Virus record (IMG/VR): IMGVR_UViG_3300033407_000016
Span: 1 to 57,729 of that record
Direction: 5' to 3' (one strand)
From: a virus
Taxonomy: Duplodnaviria > Caudoviricetes
DNA: 57,729 nucleotides
The position numbers and the translations under genes were made by a program. Positions within the stretch are counted from its first letter, which is position 1. Every line of letters starts with the position of its first letter. The notes under the pieces were generated by a model that worked only from the letters and a program-made list of their open reading frames with translations, was not told the origin of the DNA and ran no database searches. This document shows, in pieces, positions 44,261-54,534 of the stretch.

Positions 44261-44655
44261 CCCATCACCTCGAAGGCGTACAGGAGACGCTCAGTGCCTG
44301 GCTGGAGTAGTTCTGTGCGCATGATCTGCCAAGTCCTGTCCCCATCTACGATCTCGTGGAAGCCCTCCAGATCCTCGCCCCCATCGTTCGCCGCAGCGAA
44401 CAGAACCACGGCATTGTCTGTACTCATGCCTTCTAGCACGCCTCGCAAGATCGACCAGCTCACGCCCCCGCGGGTGTGGTCGGTCGCGAACACACCGGCT
44501 CCTGTGACAGAGGCCAGCACTGGGCGCGTGTCGGTCCGCCACGGCATCTGGTCGTCCGAGCTGGGGCTGTTCCCGAGCTTGCGCACGGTCACGGATCGAC
44601 CCGCACCGTCAATCAGCGTCTTTGTTGTGGTGCGGAGTGCAGCGTAGTCAACCAC
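44257..44655 (-). CDS. head closure protein
   Basis: DYAAL..T...LI...GR; L.PG...LLY; position in module. Confidence 0.75.
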   Translation of the reverse strand: MVDYAALRTTTKTLIDGAGRSVTVRKLGNSPSSDDQMPWRTDTRPVLASVTGAGVFATDHTRGGVSWSILRGVLEGMSTDNAVVLFAAANDGGEDLEGFHEIVDGDRTWQIMRTELLQPGTERLLYAFEVMG

Positions 44656-45244
44656 GGGCCAAGTCCCTCGATGTTGTGGAGATCAGGATCTCCTCCATCC
44701 ACAGGTCAGCCACGGGATACTCCCTGACCGACTGGATGAAGTTTCCAGAGCTGGTCATCGGCTTGTTAGAATTGGCGTCGGAATACTGACGCTCAGTCTC
44801 GATCGGCCCCACCGCGTCCTTCGCGCTGACCAACTGCCCTGTTCCCGTGCTGACCGTCCCCGTCGCCGGGTCCACGGTCGGGAAGGGAGTATCAGGCAGC
44901 GGCGACAGAGTCGAGAGCTGAAGATCGAGCAGGGTGTACTCCGAATGTGCGTACAGTAGCGGATTCGGCAGCGGATCCAGCTCGAACTGGTCATCATCGA
45001 GCGCACTCAGACGAGGCCACTCACGGCCCTGCGCCTTCGAACGCTTGTAGCCACGGTAGCGGCGCCCGAACCGCTTGTCCATATAGTCGGTCGCGCGCAC
45101 GGCGGACGCTTGAATCTCAGCGTCCGTGTACGGCACGGCCGCGATATCGAGCCCACGGTCAGTGAAGTATGCCTTGATGTCTGCGATGGCCTGGTAGCTA
45201 TTAGCTGCCGCGACTCCAGTACCGTCCTCTACTGTGAACGCCAT
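44648..45244 (-). CDS. head-tail adaptor (DnaT-like)
   Basis: FTVEDGTGV..ANSY, ATDYMD, Q..EWPR, VGPIET. Confidence 0.85.
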   Translation of the reverse strand: MAFTVEDGTGVAAANSYQAIADIKAYFTDRGLDIAAVPYTDAEIQASAVRATDYMDKRFGRRYRGYKRSKAQGREWPRLSALDDDQFELDPLPNPLLYAHSEYTLLDLQLSTLSPLPDTPFPTVDPATGTVSTGTGQLVSAKDAVGPIETERQYSDANSNKPMTSSGNFIQSVREYPVADLWMEEILISTTSRDLARG

Positions 45245-45253
45245 GATCGACTC

Positions 45254-45661
45254 CTAGACGATGAATGCGGCTGGTGCGGCCAGAACGACCTGTGTTGCTT
45301 CAGTCGAGACGAAATCGTCCCCACATGCCATGCGAATCCTGAGTCTCCACGTACCGACCTTAAAGAACTCAACATCACGGTAGTACCACGTCGCACTGTT
45401 GGCCAACTGGTTGTTCGTCTGCCCCAACACGAAGCGTACTGGCTTCGTGTTGGTTGAGATGTCCACGCTGCCCCAGGTGCTTGTGAATGGGTCGAAATAC
45501 TGCCAAGTGATCACGGACGGGTCTGGACAGGGGGAGGATGGGAAGGGGGGCTGATCCCACCTGCCATCAAAGGACCGTGAAGCATCCCCAATTCGATAGA
45601 TGGAGCTGTCTGGGTAGCCCTTGAGGACAGCCGTGTCCGAGAAATTGCATGCACAAGCCAT
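45254..45661 (-). CDS. hypothetical virion-associated protein
   Basis: MACAC start; beta-rich sequence. Confidence 0.55.
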   Translation of the reverse strand: MACACNFSDTAVLKGYPDSSIYRIGDASRSFDGRWDQPPFPSSPCPDPSVITWQYFDPFTSTWGSVDISTNTKPVRFVLGQTNNQLANSATWYYRDVEFFKVGTWRLRIRMACGDDFVSTEATQVVLAAPAAFIV

Positions 45662-46023
45662 CAGCGCACTGCCTGTGTATCGGCTCGGTTCTGGAACGTG
45701 CTGAAGTCGACCACTTGTCCGTCGATGTCCTCTCCCCGGTCTCGCTGATCCAGCACGACATTCTCCATCAACACCGTGACCCATGCCTCAGCATAGGCGA
45801 GCACTTCCTCACGAGTCGGCGTGGCATCCCTCTGGCGGCCAATTTCTTCGTCCCAGACATAGTAGAAATAGGCTGCCATCGTATTGACGAGCCTCTGGTG
45901 CCAGTCCCTACCTCCAGCAAGGATCTCACGCAAAGAGAACTTGGTCTTGCCAAACTCTCGGATGATCCACCAGTCGGTCCAGTCCTCTCGCGTCAGCTCT
46001 TGACGATCACGTACCTTCAGCAT
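45661..46023 (-). CDS. hypothetical protein
   Basis: ORF coupled to its neighbours. Confidence 0.6.
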   Translation of the reverse strand: MLKVRDRQELTREDWTDWWIIREFGKTKFSLREILAGGRDWHQRLVNTMAAYFYYVWDEEIGRQRDATPTREEVLAYAEAWVTVLMENVVLDQRDRGEDIDGQVVDFSTFQNRADTQAVR

Positions 46024-46024
46024 C

Positions 46025-47539
46025 CTAGTCCTCCGTGTAGATGATCGTGATCGAAATTTCTGTTGGAGACCCGTCTGTAGTTCCTTGCACATAGGTCACG
46101 AAGCTGTCTGCTGGGATCGTAGGATCAGAAAAGGCCGTGAGATCGTCGCCTGGCGTAGTGGCCGTGCTGGTCCGAGCAACGATAGTGTTGGTCGTGCCGT
46201 GCGCGGCCGTGTCGTGGTACAGCGTCCAGTCAATGTCGGTCCCGCCCGTGCGGACCGCACGAATCTCCTGCACTGTGATGGCCCGATCAGTGAAGAACAC
46301 CGAGATGTCCTCCCCCGCGCCTGGACTCTGGATCGTGAGCGTACGGGTCGTCATTCCGAGCGCAGCCGCCACCATCAGATCCCAGTCAGCATGCGGGGGC
46401 TCGGCCGTCGTACTGACCGCCGTACAAACATACGACGATCCACCGTTTTCGACAGCCTGATTCTGAGTATATGTGCCTGCGCTCCACGGCCCCTGCCAAG
46501 TGATGTCGCCCGTCGGGCCGGCTGGACCCACTGGTCCCTGCGCTCCGGTCGACTCCAACTTAACGATCGTGAGCGCTGAGAAGCCAGCAGTTGTGTCGAT
46601 CGACACGGTCTCTGCCTGAGCGCGCAAGCGCACCTTGTCGCCTGTGGAGCAGGCGAACGCGATCGAGCCGTGGGCAGTGCCCATCTCTTCGGTCAGGATA
46701 CGCGCATAGGCCGACGATTCCGAGCCCGCAACGTCCACATATCCACCGCCCGTGTCCAGCTCCAAGCGGCATACAAAGCCCGCTCGTGTACCGCTGCCGA
46801 GCTGCCCACCAACCTTGTATAGGAACAGGTAGTTGCCGTCCGCGCCGATCGTGATCACGTCCGATGCGAGCGCGAACACGCCCCCCACATTCAACTTCGT
46901 GGTGTCCAGGTTGACCGTCGCTTCGGTCGTAGTGATGTTCTGGCCCGTATTGTCGTAGAACGAGCCCACGGAGATGTCTCCGCCCAGATTGGCTAGCGCC
47001 TGGTCGATCCCATAGAGGTGTGCGGTCAGATTATCGACGCTGTCCACCTCAGTGGGCGTTGTGGCAGGCGTGTAGTTGGTCGGGTTCCAATCCACGTCGA
47101 GCTTGTCCCCGTCGATCTCATCACCCGTAATGTGCGACGATGCGTGGGAGCTTGGTGTGCGCGCATCAGTCAGTCGAGTGTCATCGCCCTTGACCACTTC
47201 GCCGGCAGCAGCGTCACCAGCGGCCGGTACGTCGAGTGCAGCAGCAGTTCCGCTGTCGATCACGTCGGCGAGTGTGTGGGTGTGCCCAGCATTGGCCAGA
47301 CCTGCCTCGGCCGGGGTCTGGTTGATGAATTCCCCAGATACAGTGTCGTACGCGAGCAGCTCATCATCGGCCGGTGTCGTGATTGTCACGTCCGTCAGAT
47401 CATTGATCGCGGACGCACCACCGCCAACACCAGCGCCAAGTGTGACATTGTAGGTGGGGCCTGAGCTGACGGTCACACCATATGATGTGCCTCCGAATGT
47501 CAGGCTGTAGGAGACTGTTCCGACAGAGATGGAAGGCAT
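46025..47539 (-). CDS. mosaic fibre/decoration protein with collagen-like segment
   Basis: LTDVTIT.P...L.YD repeat, GDDTRLTDARTP, GAQGPVGPAGPTG, WQGPWSAGTY module. Confidence 0.75.
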   Translation of the reverse strand: MPSISVGTVSYSLTFGGTSYGVTVSSGPTYNVTLGAGVGGGASAINDLTDVTITTPADDELLAYDTVSGEFINQTPAEAGLANAGHTHTLADVIDSGTAAALDVPAAGDAAAGEVVKGDDTRLTDARTPSSHASSHITGDEIDGDKLDVDWNPTNYTPATTPTEVDSVDNLTAHLYGIDQALANLGGDISVGSFYDNTGQNITTTEATVNLDTTKLNVGGVFALASDVITIGADGNYLFLYKVGGQLGSGTRAGFVCRLELDTGGGYVDVAGSESSAYARILTEEMGTAHGSIAFACSTGDKVRLRAQAETVSIDTTAGFSALTIVKLESTGAQGPVGPAGPTGDITWQGPWSAGTYTQNQAVENGGSSYVCTAVSTTAEPPHADWDLMVAAALGMTTRTLTIQSPGAGEDISVFFTDRAITVQEIRAVRTGGTDIDWTLYHDTAAHGTTNTIVARTSTATTPGDDLTAFSDPTIPADSFVTYVQGTTDGSPTEISITIIYTED

Positions 47540-47540
47540 A

Positions 47541-47918
47541 TCACGCCTCCCTGATCGTGACCTGGGCCTCTACGACGAGCTGGCCTCGGCCGATGGTCGC
47601 CGGGGCACCAGAGATCACTATCTGCAAGTCCTGTTCGTACGTTCCAGGCAGGACCGGCCCAGAGGCGAGGTCGAGCGTGAATGTGATGGTGTCGGTCGTG
47701 CCGCCCCCACTATCGCTCTTAGTGAAGTCTACGGGGTCGAGCGAAAGAACAGCAGCGATATCGAGGTCAGTGGTGGCTGACTTCGCGGTGTAGAAGAAGT
47801 TCCAGGCAGTGATGTCCTGCGGAGTCACACCATCGACCTGGGTGAAGGTCATGGTGATGGTGCGGTCGTCCCCCTCGGTGATGATCTCATTGAACGGGAA
47901 GTGGATGTTCTCGGCCAT
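47541..47918 (-). CDS. BppU-N-like structural protein
   Basis: I.EGDD.TI...DIT.W...GTY..DLQ...G...V. Confidence 0.6.
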   Translation of the reverse strand: MAENIHFPFNEIITEGDDRTITMTFTQVDGVTPQDITAWNFFYTAKSATTDLDIAAVLSLDPVDFTKSDSGGGTTDTITFTLDLASGPVLPGTYEQDLQIVISGAPATIGRGQLVVEAQVTIREA

Positions 47919-47927
47919 GTCGACCTC

Positions 47928-47957
47928 AAAGGTTGGGGCCGGTGAAGGCCCCAACCC
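47928..47957 (-). terminator. intrinsic terminator
   Basis: GGTTGGGGCC-TTCACC-GGCCCCAACC-TTT. Confidence 0.75.
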
Positions 47958-47960
47958 TCA

Positions 47961-48242
47961 CTAGGCGATGCTCTCGGTCTTGCCACGGTCATGGAGGACG
48001 ATCACATCTGTGTCGGTCGTCATCACACCACCAGTGGGCAGGCCCAGAAGCTGCACCGTGTCGAAGTATCCATCAGGGATCGCGATACCAGCGGCCTGGA
48101 TCGCAGTCTCTGCATCCACGATTGTGTCAGCGGAGGTTCCACCATCGTCAGCGTTGACAATGGCACCGATGACACGGTTGACGAGCTGCTTGTTCGGCTG
48201 ATGCGAATTCGCGATCGTCACCAGATAGAGTGCTGCGGCCAA
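47961..48242 (-). CDS. virion structural protein
   Basis: AAGGAGG SD, TTG start; head module. Confidence 0.65.
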   Translation of the reverse strand: MAAALYLVTIANSHQPNKQLVNRVIGAIVNADDGGTSADTIVDAETAIQAAGIAIPDGYFDTVQLLGLPTGGVMTTDTDVIVLHDRGKTESIA

Positions 48243-48393
48243 TGTGGCCCTCCTTGGTTCAGGTTACGACTTCGCAGTCGGCCCCTTGATGCCGCCCGTT
48301 GTGGAGCGACGCTGTCCCCCGACCGACACCCTGGTCGGCTGGAGATTCTTCATTGATGGACCCTGTCGGTCCATCGCTCCCTGTGAGACCAAC

Positions 48394-48912
48394 TTACTGG
48401 CCTTGTCTTGTAGCTTCACGTTCGCCTCCACTGAACCTCGCGTCCGCCATCTCCTTGGTGACCATGCCACCAGTGATCTTGGCGAGCGCGTCGACTCGCG
48501 GAGAGCCGTCGGCCTTCCATTGCGAGTCATCGTCTGGGTCGAGCTGGGTCAGCGCCTGCCCAAGCGGGTCTTCCCCGATGGACCCACGAAGCCCGGCGTC
48601 GCTGTGTCCGTCCCCGAAGGAAATACTCCCCTCGGACCCGGACGTGCTGCTAGTTGCTCCGTCGCTGGCGTCTGTGGGTGCTTCGCCACTGCCGTGTTCT
48701 TCCGACTGAACGTCAGCAGTGCCCGGAACTTCCGACCCACTCCATTCGGCGTCAGCCGCCTCATCGTGACTTGGGCCATACGGCACCACCTTCCAGCATC
48801 GAGAATAGTAGAGGAAGGCACCATCGTCGATGATGCCTACCCCATTCACGAACTCCGTTCCGTTCAGACGAACGGTCTGCCCCTCTCTGGGGCCAGTGAG
48901 CTGAACACGCAC
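48394..48912 (-). CDS. acidic head-module protein
   Basis: LDPDDDSQW..DG.P motif. Confidence 0.65.
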   Translation of the reverse strand: MRVQLTGPREGQTVRLNGTEFVNGVGIIDDGAFLYYSRCWKVVPYGPSHDEAADAEWSGSEVPGTADVQSEEHGSGEAPTDASDGATSSTSGSEGSISFGDGHSDAGLRGSIGEDPLGQALTQLDPDDDSQWKADGSPRVDALAKITGGMVTKEMADARFSGGEREATRQGQ

Positions 48913-48913
48913 G

Positions 48914-49468
48914 TCAAACCTCCACGAGGACCTCGGGGGTCACTTCTGTGTCCGCTACGAGAGCGAGCACGAGAGCAGCACCAGCGATGCCTCCCTCTGT
49001 ATGGGCACCAGTGAAGAGGGCCGAGAGGTCCATCTTCGTGTTCCCACTCGGAGGAGTGACCGTCACGAGGAAGGTCGCGTCGCCAATCCCGTCCGCGATG
49101 GACGAGAGTGTCAGGTTCGGTGCCGCATACGATGCGTTCGCGATGTCGGCCGTCGCGTTGAGTGCGGTCACGAGGAGCGCAGCCGTCGCATCGAGGTCAG
49201 TCACGCCGATGACGCTCACAGTCACAGGATCGACAGTCTGAGCGGCTCCACCTTCGATGGTGATCGACCAGACATAGCCCGTCATCGCGGTCGGGTCGTC
49301 GAGAGTTCCCCCTGCGAGTGTTGTCGCCGTAGCGTCGGCCCACGAGGAATCACCGTTGAAATGGGAGGCAGCGAACGTCCTCGCGTCTGCGGCGTTGTTC
49401 GCCGAGACCACGAGGTTCTTCGCCTTCCAGTTCTTCGCGGTGTTGTTCTGAAGCAGAATGATAGCCAT
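48914..49468 (-). CDS. virion structural (head decoration-like) protein
   Basis: Directly after the capsid gene; Ala/Thr-rich; AAGGAG SD. Confidence 0.7.
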   Translation of the reverse strand: MAIILLQNNTAKNWKAKNLVVSANNAADARTFAASHFNGDSSWADATATTLAGGTLDDPTAMTGYVWSITIEGGAAQTVDPVTVSVIGVTDLDATAALLVTALNATADIANASYAAPNLTLSSIADGIGDATFLVTVTPPSGNTKMDLSALFTGAHTEGGIAGAALVLALVADTEVTPEVLVEV

Positions 49469-49515
49469 TTGGATCTCCTTTTGAAGAGTGGGGGCCAAAG
49501 CCCCCCCTCAGTCGA

Positions 49516-50481
49516 TTACGCGGGGATGATCCCGGTGGCTGTGGCGAGGGCGAGATCGGAGAAGAGCGCGAGCCCGGCGTACCACTTGACACGCCAGATG
49601 TGCTCGTCCTTCGTCTCGGACTCACCAACGTCGACCACCTGAACGCCGGACGCCTTCGCGGCCGTCAGACCAGAGAGACCATTGCTGCGCGAACCATCGT
49701 CGAGAGTACCGGCGAAGATCTGCGAGGCGATGGACGAGCTGCCCTGTGTCTGGGTGATCGGGATGTAATCGTTGCGGAAGATGGGTACGCCGCTGTAGGC
49801 AGGCACATCTGTACCGCTCGGCAGCGTAACGACCTCCATGATGGCCGCTCCACCCAGGCCACGCAGCAAGCTGCGGTAGGCGCGGAGTTCGCGGTCGTTC
49901 ATCTGGAAGTAGTCGACCTGACCATCCTTGGCCGTTACGAGCGACATGAGCTGGTCCAGCTTCTCGAAGCTAATCACGTCTCCGTTCGCAGCGGTCGCTG
50001 CGACCGTCTGGCTGGCAGAAACGAGATTGATCAGCCCGTCGAACTGGTCTGCCGCGCCCGTGCCGTTGACCAACATGTGCTGATACAGACGGCCGCAGCT
50101 CTTCGCCTTGGAAGCGATCTGGATCGCGGCCTGGTTGTTGCCTGCGCCTGAACGAGTGTTCTCGATCAGGCCATTGACCTCAGCGTCACCGAGGATGCTG
50201 GTCAGACCACTGAACACGCTGGTGAACGTCGCAGCGTTCTTACCTTCGCCAGATCCGCCCGTCAGGGGGTTGGCGTCGTCCGTGCCGATCGTGTCGCCGA
50301 CTGCGGCCACACCAACGCCACCAAGGACGTTCTCACGGTTGTACTGAAGGGCATTGCCATCAATGCCGTCGAACTTCAAGACATCGAAGAACCGATTCAC
50401 GGTCACGATGTTTTCGATCACGCCAGACACAAGCTGATCCTGCGATAGCTTGGCGGACTCGATGAGTGTCACGGAAGCCAT
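49516..50481 (-). CDS. major capsid protein
   Basis: MASVTL.ESAKLSQD.L..GVIE, YNRE, GDAEV, IFRND, RVKWY. Confidence 0.92.
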   Translation of the reverse strand: MASVTLIESAKLSQDQLVSGVIENIVTVNRFFDVLKFDGIDGNALQYNRENVLGGVGVAAVGDTIGTDDANPLTGGSGEGKNAATFTSVFSGLTSILGDAEVNGLIENTRSGAGNNQAAIQIASKAKSCGRLYQHMLVNGTGAADQFDGLINLVSASQTVAATAANGDVISFEKLDQLMSLVTAKDGQVDYFQMNDRELRAYRSLLRGLGGAAIMEVVTLPSGTDVPAYSGVPIFRNDYIPITQTQGSSSIASQIFAGTLDDGSRSNGLSGLTAAKASGVQVVDVGESETKDEHIWRVKWYAGLALFSDLALATATGIIPA

Positions 50482-50601
50482 TAGGCATACCTCCGAATTG
50501 GGTCTACACGAACTGGTCAGCATCACGCTGGTGCTGGCTCTCGTGCATCCCGCTCGGAGGGCCTATGTAGTCGAGAAGATAGGGGCTTGCGCCCCCATCC
50601 G

Positions 50602-51375
50602 CTACCTTTTGTCGAGTCCAGCCATGATCTTGTCGACCGAAGACAGTTCCGGCGCCTGCTGGTGAAGGTCGCTCGGACCAGGCCCCTTGCCACCGCCGGG
50701 CTTCTTCTCGCTCTTGAACAGGGGACCGAACTTCTCGTTCCCCTTCATCTCCGCAACCAGCTCGGGAATGCTCATTGGCTTGCCCGTAGCGGTGCTGTAG
50801 CGAGGATCGCCGTCTGCGCCCAGGATGCGCACATCGAACCCACCGTTCTCCTCAACCACGCCGACCAGGGTCGACAGCATGGGGAGGATAAGGTCTGGAT
50901 CGACCGCTCCGGCGTCGCTCAAAGCCTTCACAGCCTCGGACGTTACCAGGTGCTTGTAGAGCTGCCCGCGCAGCGCCTCATTGACCTTGTCCTTGCCCGC
51001 GAGGTCGAGCGCATGCTTCTGCCCCATCTCCTCACGGATCTGGGCCACCTGCTGCTCCACGGCTGTGTTCTTGTTCTTGCCGGCATCGTTGATCTTCTGC
51101 GTGATGTTGGCCGCGATCTCCTCCACGGTCGAACCGTAGTCAGAGAGCGCACTCAGGTCGACCTTGTTGGCCCTGTTGTTGCGCGCCTCGGCACGAGATG
51201 CGACGAGGGCGCCATTCAGGCCCTTGATCGCATTCACTGCCGCCATCACGCCGGGATCGTCCGACCGCAGAGCGATCGTCCCATCGGGTCCTTGAACATA
51301 TAGCCCCTGGAAGTCCTTGGGCACCGCGTCCATGCTGGACGGGAGCTTACTGAAATCGAAATCCACTGGAATCAC
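50602..51375 (-). CDS. capsid scaffolding protein
   Basis: Coiled-coil; LFKSE...GGG...DKI.AGL; lies before the capsid gene. Confidence 0.8.
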   Translation of the reverse strand: MIPVDFDFSKLPSSMDAVPKDFQGLYVQGPDGTIALRSDDPGVMAAVNAIKGLNGALVASRAEARNNRANKVDLSALSDYGSTVEEIAANITQKINDAGKNKNTAVEQQVAQIREEMGQKHALDLAGKDKVNEALRGQLYKHLVTSEAVKALSDAGAVDPDLILPMLSTLVGVVEENGGFDVRILGADGDPRYSTATGKPMSIPELVAEMKGNEKFGPLFKSEKKPGGGKGPGPSDLHQQAPELSSVDKIMAGLDKR

Positions 51376-51518
51376 TCCTTCACGATCGTGAACTTACCGC
51401 TAGCATGCCTCACAGCACGCCTCACGGCCTCCTCATCTGCCGCCGGCAGCTCCTGCTTATTCAGGGCCTTCAGCTTCTTTTGTGCCCAACTGTCCTGGGC
51501 CATCAGATCTCCTCCAAC

Positions 51519-53153
51519 TCAATCGCGCTCCTTTGCGGCCTTCTTCTCAGCGTCGAGCTTGTCCTGACGCTTTTGTGCAGCCTTCTCCTCGGCGAGCCGC
51601 TTCTTCTCAGCGGCGAGCCGCTTCTCAGCCTTCTCCGTTCGAGCCTCTTCCTTGGCCTTCGCGCGCTTCTGCGCATCCTCTCGCTTGGCCTTTGTCTCGG
51701 CGGCCTTCTTCTCCCGCGCATCCCTGGCCTTGCGCTCCTGCTCAGCCTTGCGTTCAGCAGCGGCCTCGCGCGCCTCCTTCTTCTGTGCGGCCTGCTCTTC
51801 ACGTAACCGCTTTGCGTCGGCCTCATGCTTCTCCGCTGCTGCACGAGCATCGGCCTCACGCTTGCGTGCAGTAGCTGCGCGCTGCTCCGCACGCTTCGCC
51901 TTCGCATCCACATCACGGGCCGTTGTGATCTCACGATCTGCCGCGCTCAACTTGCTCGCAGGAGGTGTCTTCTCCTTGAGTTGGGCCACAGTCAGCTCAT
52001 TGCCGCTCCGGTCGACGAACTGGTCCATCTCCAAGCCCTCACGAAACTTCTTCGCCTTAGCTGTCCCAAGAACCTCGTTCTGGAACGCCTTGTCCTGTCG
52101 ACGCAGCCACTCATCGTATGTGGTCTCTCCAGGCACATGCCCTACGTGCTTCTTCGCCCAGTCACGTCGGACATCACGGATCGCCTTGTTACGCTCCTCC
52201 CGACTCATCCCCTTCCAGTCGTCGCCCGCCTTGGCCCGCGCGTCCTTACGGAAATCGTGCTCCCTTTGCCGACCAGTCCGTGTATCTCGCACAGTGGGGC
52301 GCTCGGGGAGACCATCAGCCACTGCGTCCGAATCAAGCACAGCAATCATGAGAGAGCGGCAGCGAAGGTGAGCAGGTGGACGAACAGGACTACCCTGAAT
52401 CGCTGGCGAGGGGACACTCGTGCGACTGCTACCATCGGGGAGGGCAAAGTGTCCATCTCGGGCTCGGCAGATCGCAGAAGTGCGCCCATCCAACGTGGAC
52501 ACCCAGCGCAGAGCCAGAATGACATCATCGTTCTCCTTGAAGAACTCTTCACGCGCAGCGTTACTGATATGGTTGACGCCCGTTCGTGCGATTGCCTCTG
52601 CGTTCTGCTGCGTCAGCTCTGCTGCGTGCTGCACACGCCTCGTGATCTGCGGAATAGTTTCACCGTTCTGCACACCGGCCTGTAGCGCCGACGTGATGCG
52701 GCCCCTATCGACCTGCTCCAGATCCGTCATCCACTCATCGAGCGTGCGAACTTGATCGGCGCTACCGAATGGGCTGTCTTGGGCGAGCGAGCGTAGTGTT
52801 GCGGGACTTGTCGTTGCGAAGTTGATCTCTACCGGCACAGACCTTTGCAGGCCGAGCTTGGCGATGTCCTGCTCCAGAACAGCCAAGTCCTGCATCGTAT
52901 CGCCGATCTCACCACCAACCGATCGGATCACGGCGCTGCGTGTGCGCGCGATCTCCTTGCGCATCGCCTGCCAACGTGCTGTAGTGAAATCCGTCGACAG
53001 GCCCTCAGCGCGCTTCATGATGAGCGCGACCAGCTCCTTGTCACTCTTCTCTAGCATGCGAAGGATCTTGTTCGCTTCCCCCTTGGACAGGCGTTGCAGG
53101 TTCACCTGATGACGAACCGCCGCGTCGAAGATCGCTTCGTTACTCGTTGTCAT
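51519..53153 (-). CDS. head morphogenesis protein (SPP1 gp7/Mu gpF) with AEK-rich tail
   Basis: VSTLDGRTS.ICR.RDG, PPAH.RCRS, TY.EWL..Q. Confidence 0.88.
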   Translation of the reverse strand: MTTSNEAIFDAAVRHQVNLQRLSKGEANKILRMLEKSDKELVALIMKRAEGLSTDFTTARWQAMRKEIARTRSAVIRSVGGEIGDTMQDLAVLEQDIAKLGLQRSVPVEINFATTSPATLRSLAQDSPFGSADQVRTLDEWMTDLEQVDRGRITSALQAGVQNGETIPQITRRVQHAAELTQQNAEAIARTGVNHISNAAREEFFKENDDVILALRWVSTLDGRTSAICRARDGHFALPDGSSRTSVPSPAIQGSPVRPPAHLRCRSLMIAVLDSDAVADGLPERPTVRDTRTGRQREHDFRKDARAKAGDDWKGMSREERNKAIRDVRRDWAKKHVGHVPGETTYDEWLRRQDKAFQNEVLGTAKAKKFREGLEMDQFVDRSGNELTVAQLKEKTPPASKLSAADREITTARDVDAKAKRAEQRAATARKREADARAAAEKHEADAKRLREEQAAQKKEAREAAAERKAEQERKARDAREKKAAETKAKREDAQKRAKAKEEARTEKAEKRLAAEKKRLAEEKAAQKRQDKLDAEKKAAKERD

Positions 53154-54534
53154 TGTCGAGCGGCTCGTTGCCCATGTGCAGCGCCTCCTCTTCGAGTTCG
53201 AGCTGGTCTTCGTCCGGATCGAACTCATCACCCAGGATGCCCTGCGACTTGAGCGCGCTCAGGACCGCACGGCGTGAGACATCACGCAGCTTGCGCACTT
53301 CGAGCAGTACGGTCAGGCCAGCAGCGTCTGCGGCGCCTGGCGTGAAGTCGGTCGAGATATCGACCGTTCCGCCATCAGGCAGCCCCAACCACTTCGCAGT
53401 GATGCGCAGTGCGCTCTGCATCGCATCCATGAATCGCATCGTGACATCTTGCAGGGAGGATGTGGCCTCGGCGCTGTCCAGAGTGCGAGCAGTGGCGGTC
53501 TCTCGCCCTGGGCGCTTCTTCAGGAACTCGCTGCCATAGTCGGCCATCTGTCCTTCGAGGTCTTTGAGGTCTAGGCGCCCCGCTTCGATCGACACACCAG
53601 TGTGCTCCAGATAGTCGAATGTTGCGTTGGGATCAGGCGCGTACAACCACTTCTTGGGGCCGATCGTGAGCTTGTGGTGATCATCAATGCCGCCCGTCAC
53701 AGTGAGGATAGGGAAGCGTGCGACAGTCAGGCATGCACGCTGGTCGGAGGTCGACTGCCAATGGGCGATGTTGAGGTCGACCACGTCCTCCAGCGGAGGC
53801 GTACCCTCCATGAGGCCAGCACGATCAGCGTAGAAGGTTACGAGGGGGATGCGGTCGATATCGACAACGAAAGCGTCACTCACCGACCACTCCTTCTCAT
53901 TCATGCGCCAGAGCGTGACGTTCACTCGTCCGTCAAAGAGTTCGAGCTGGCGGATCTGCTTCACCTGCATCATTGCGAAGCCATCACGCACACTCACCAG
54001 CTCGACCATGCGCACCTCGGTCAGCACCTCCTCACCATTCACCACCGTGGAATCGGCGAAGAAGAGCTGCTCCGGCTTGATCAGCACCCAGTATGGGCGC
54101 ATGTTCTCTTCACGATCGTCCGCCAAGGTACGATCCTCCACGCCGCTGCGTGGCATCTCGATCATGACATGGGCCAGCCCTTTCGCCAGTCCCTCCCGCA
54201 TCCAGTTGCGGGCAAACACCTGCACGCCGTTGCCGATCAGGTCGATATCGTCCTCCAACACGCGGATCGGGTCTGGCGCGTTCAAGATCACGGGCGAGCT
54301 GAATGGGCGCCCAACCCAGCTATCGAGCGTGAGCTTGCTGAGATTCAGCAATGTCGCGACCTCCTTGCGCTCCCCGTACGCCTCGTCGCTCTCGTTCTCA
54401 TGCTGCGGCAGATAGTCACGGCCCGCTTCACGCAGCGCCTCAGTTCCATTCAGCACGGTCTGAATCTTCAGCCAGCGCGCGACCATGCGATCGTAAGCGT
54501 CAGAGGACGTTGCTGGGCTCTTGGGATCCTTCAT
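53140..54534 (-). CDS. portal protein (DUF4055)
   Basis: YLP...E....Y, PPL.....LNIAHWQ..SD; follows terL. Confidence 0.9.
   Translation of the reverse strand: MKDPKSPATSSDAYDRMVARWLKIQTVLNGTEALREAGRDYLPQHENESDEAYGERKEVATLLNLSKLTLDSWVGRPFSSPVILNAPDPIRVLEDDIDLIGNGVQVFARNWMREGLAKGLAHVMIEMPRSGVEDRTLADDREENMRPYWVLIKPEQLFFADSTVVNGEEVLTEVRMVELVSVRDGFAMMQVKQIRQLELFDGRVNVTLWRMNEKEWSVSDAFVVDIDRIPLVTFYADRAGLMEGTPPLEDVVDLNIAHWQSTSDQRACLTVARFPILTVTGGIDDHHKLTIGPKKWLYAPDPNATFDYLEHTGVSIEAGRLDLKDLEGQMADYGSEFLKKRPGRETATARTLDSAEATSSLQDVTMRFMDAMQSALRITAKWLGLPDGGTVDISTDFTPGAADAAGLTVLLEVRKLRDVSRRAVLSALKSQGILGDEFDPDEDQLELEEEALHMGNEPLDNDNE

Noticed and set aside
50490-51430. Small GTGA/GGGA-loop hairpins upstream of scaffold and capsid genes as a shared operator
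   Set aside because: Stems are only 2-4 bp and two lie within a probable 43-aa ORF; too weak without covariation data
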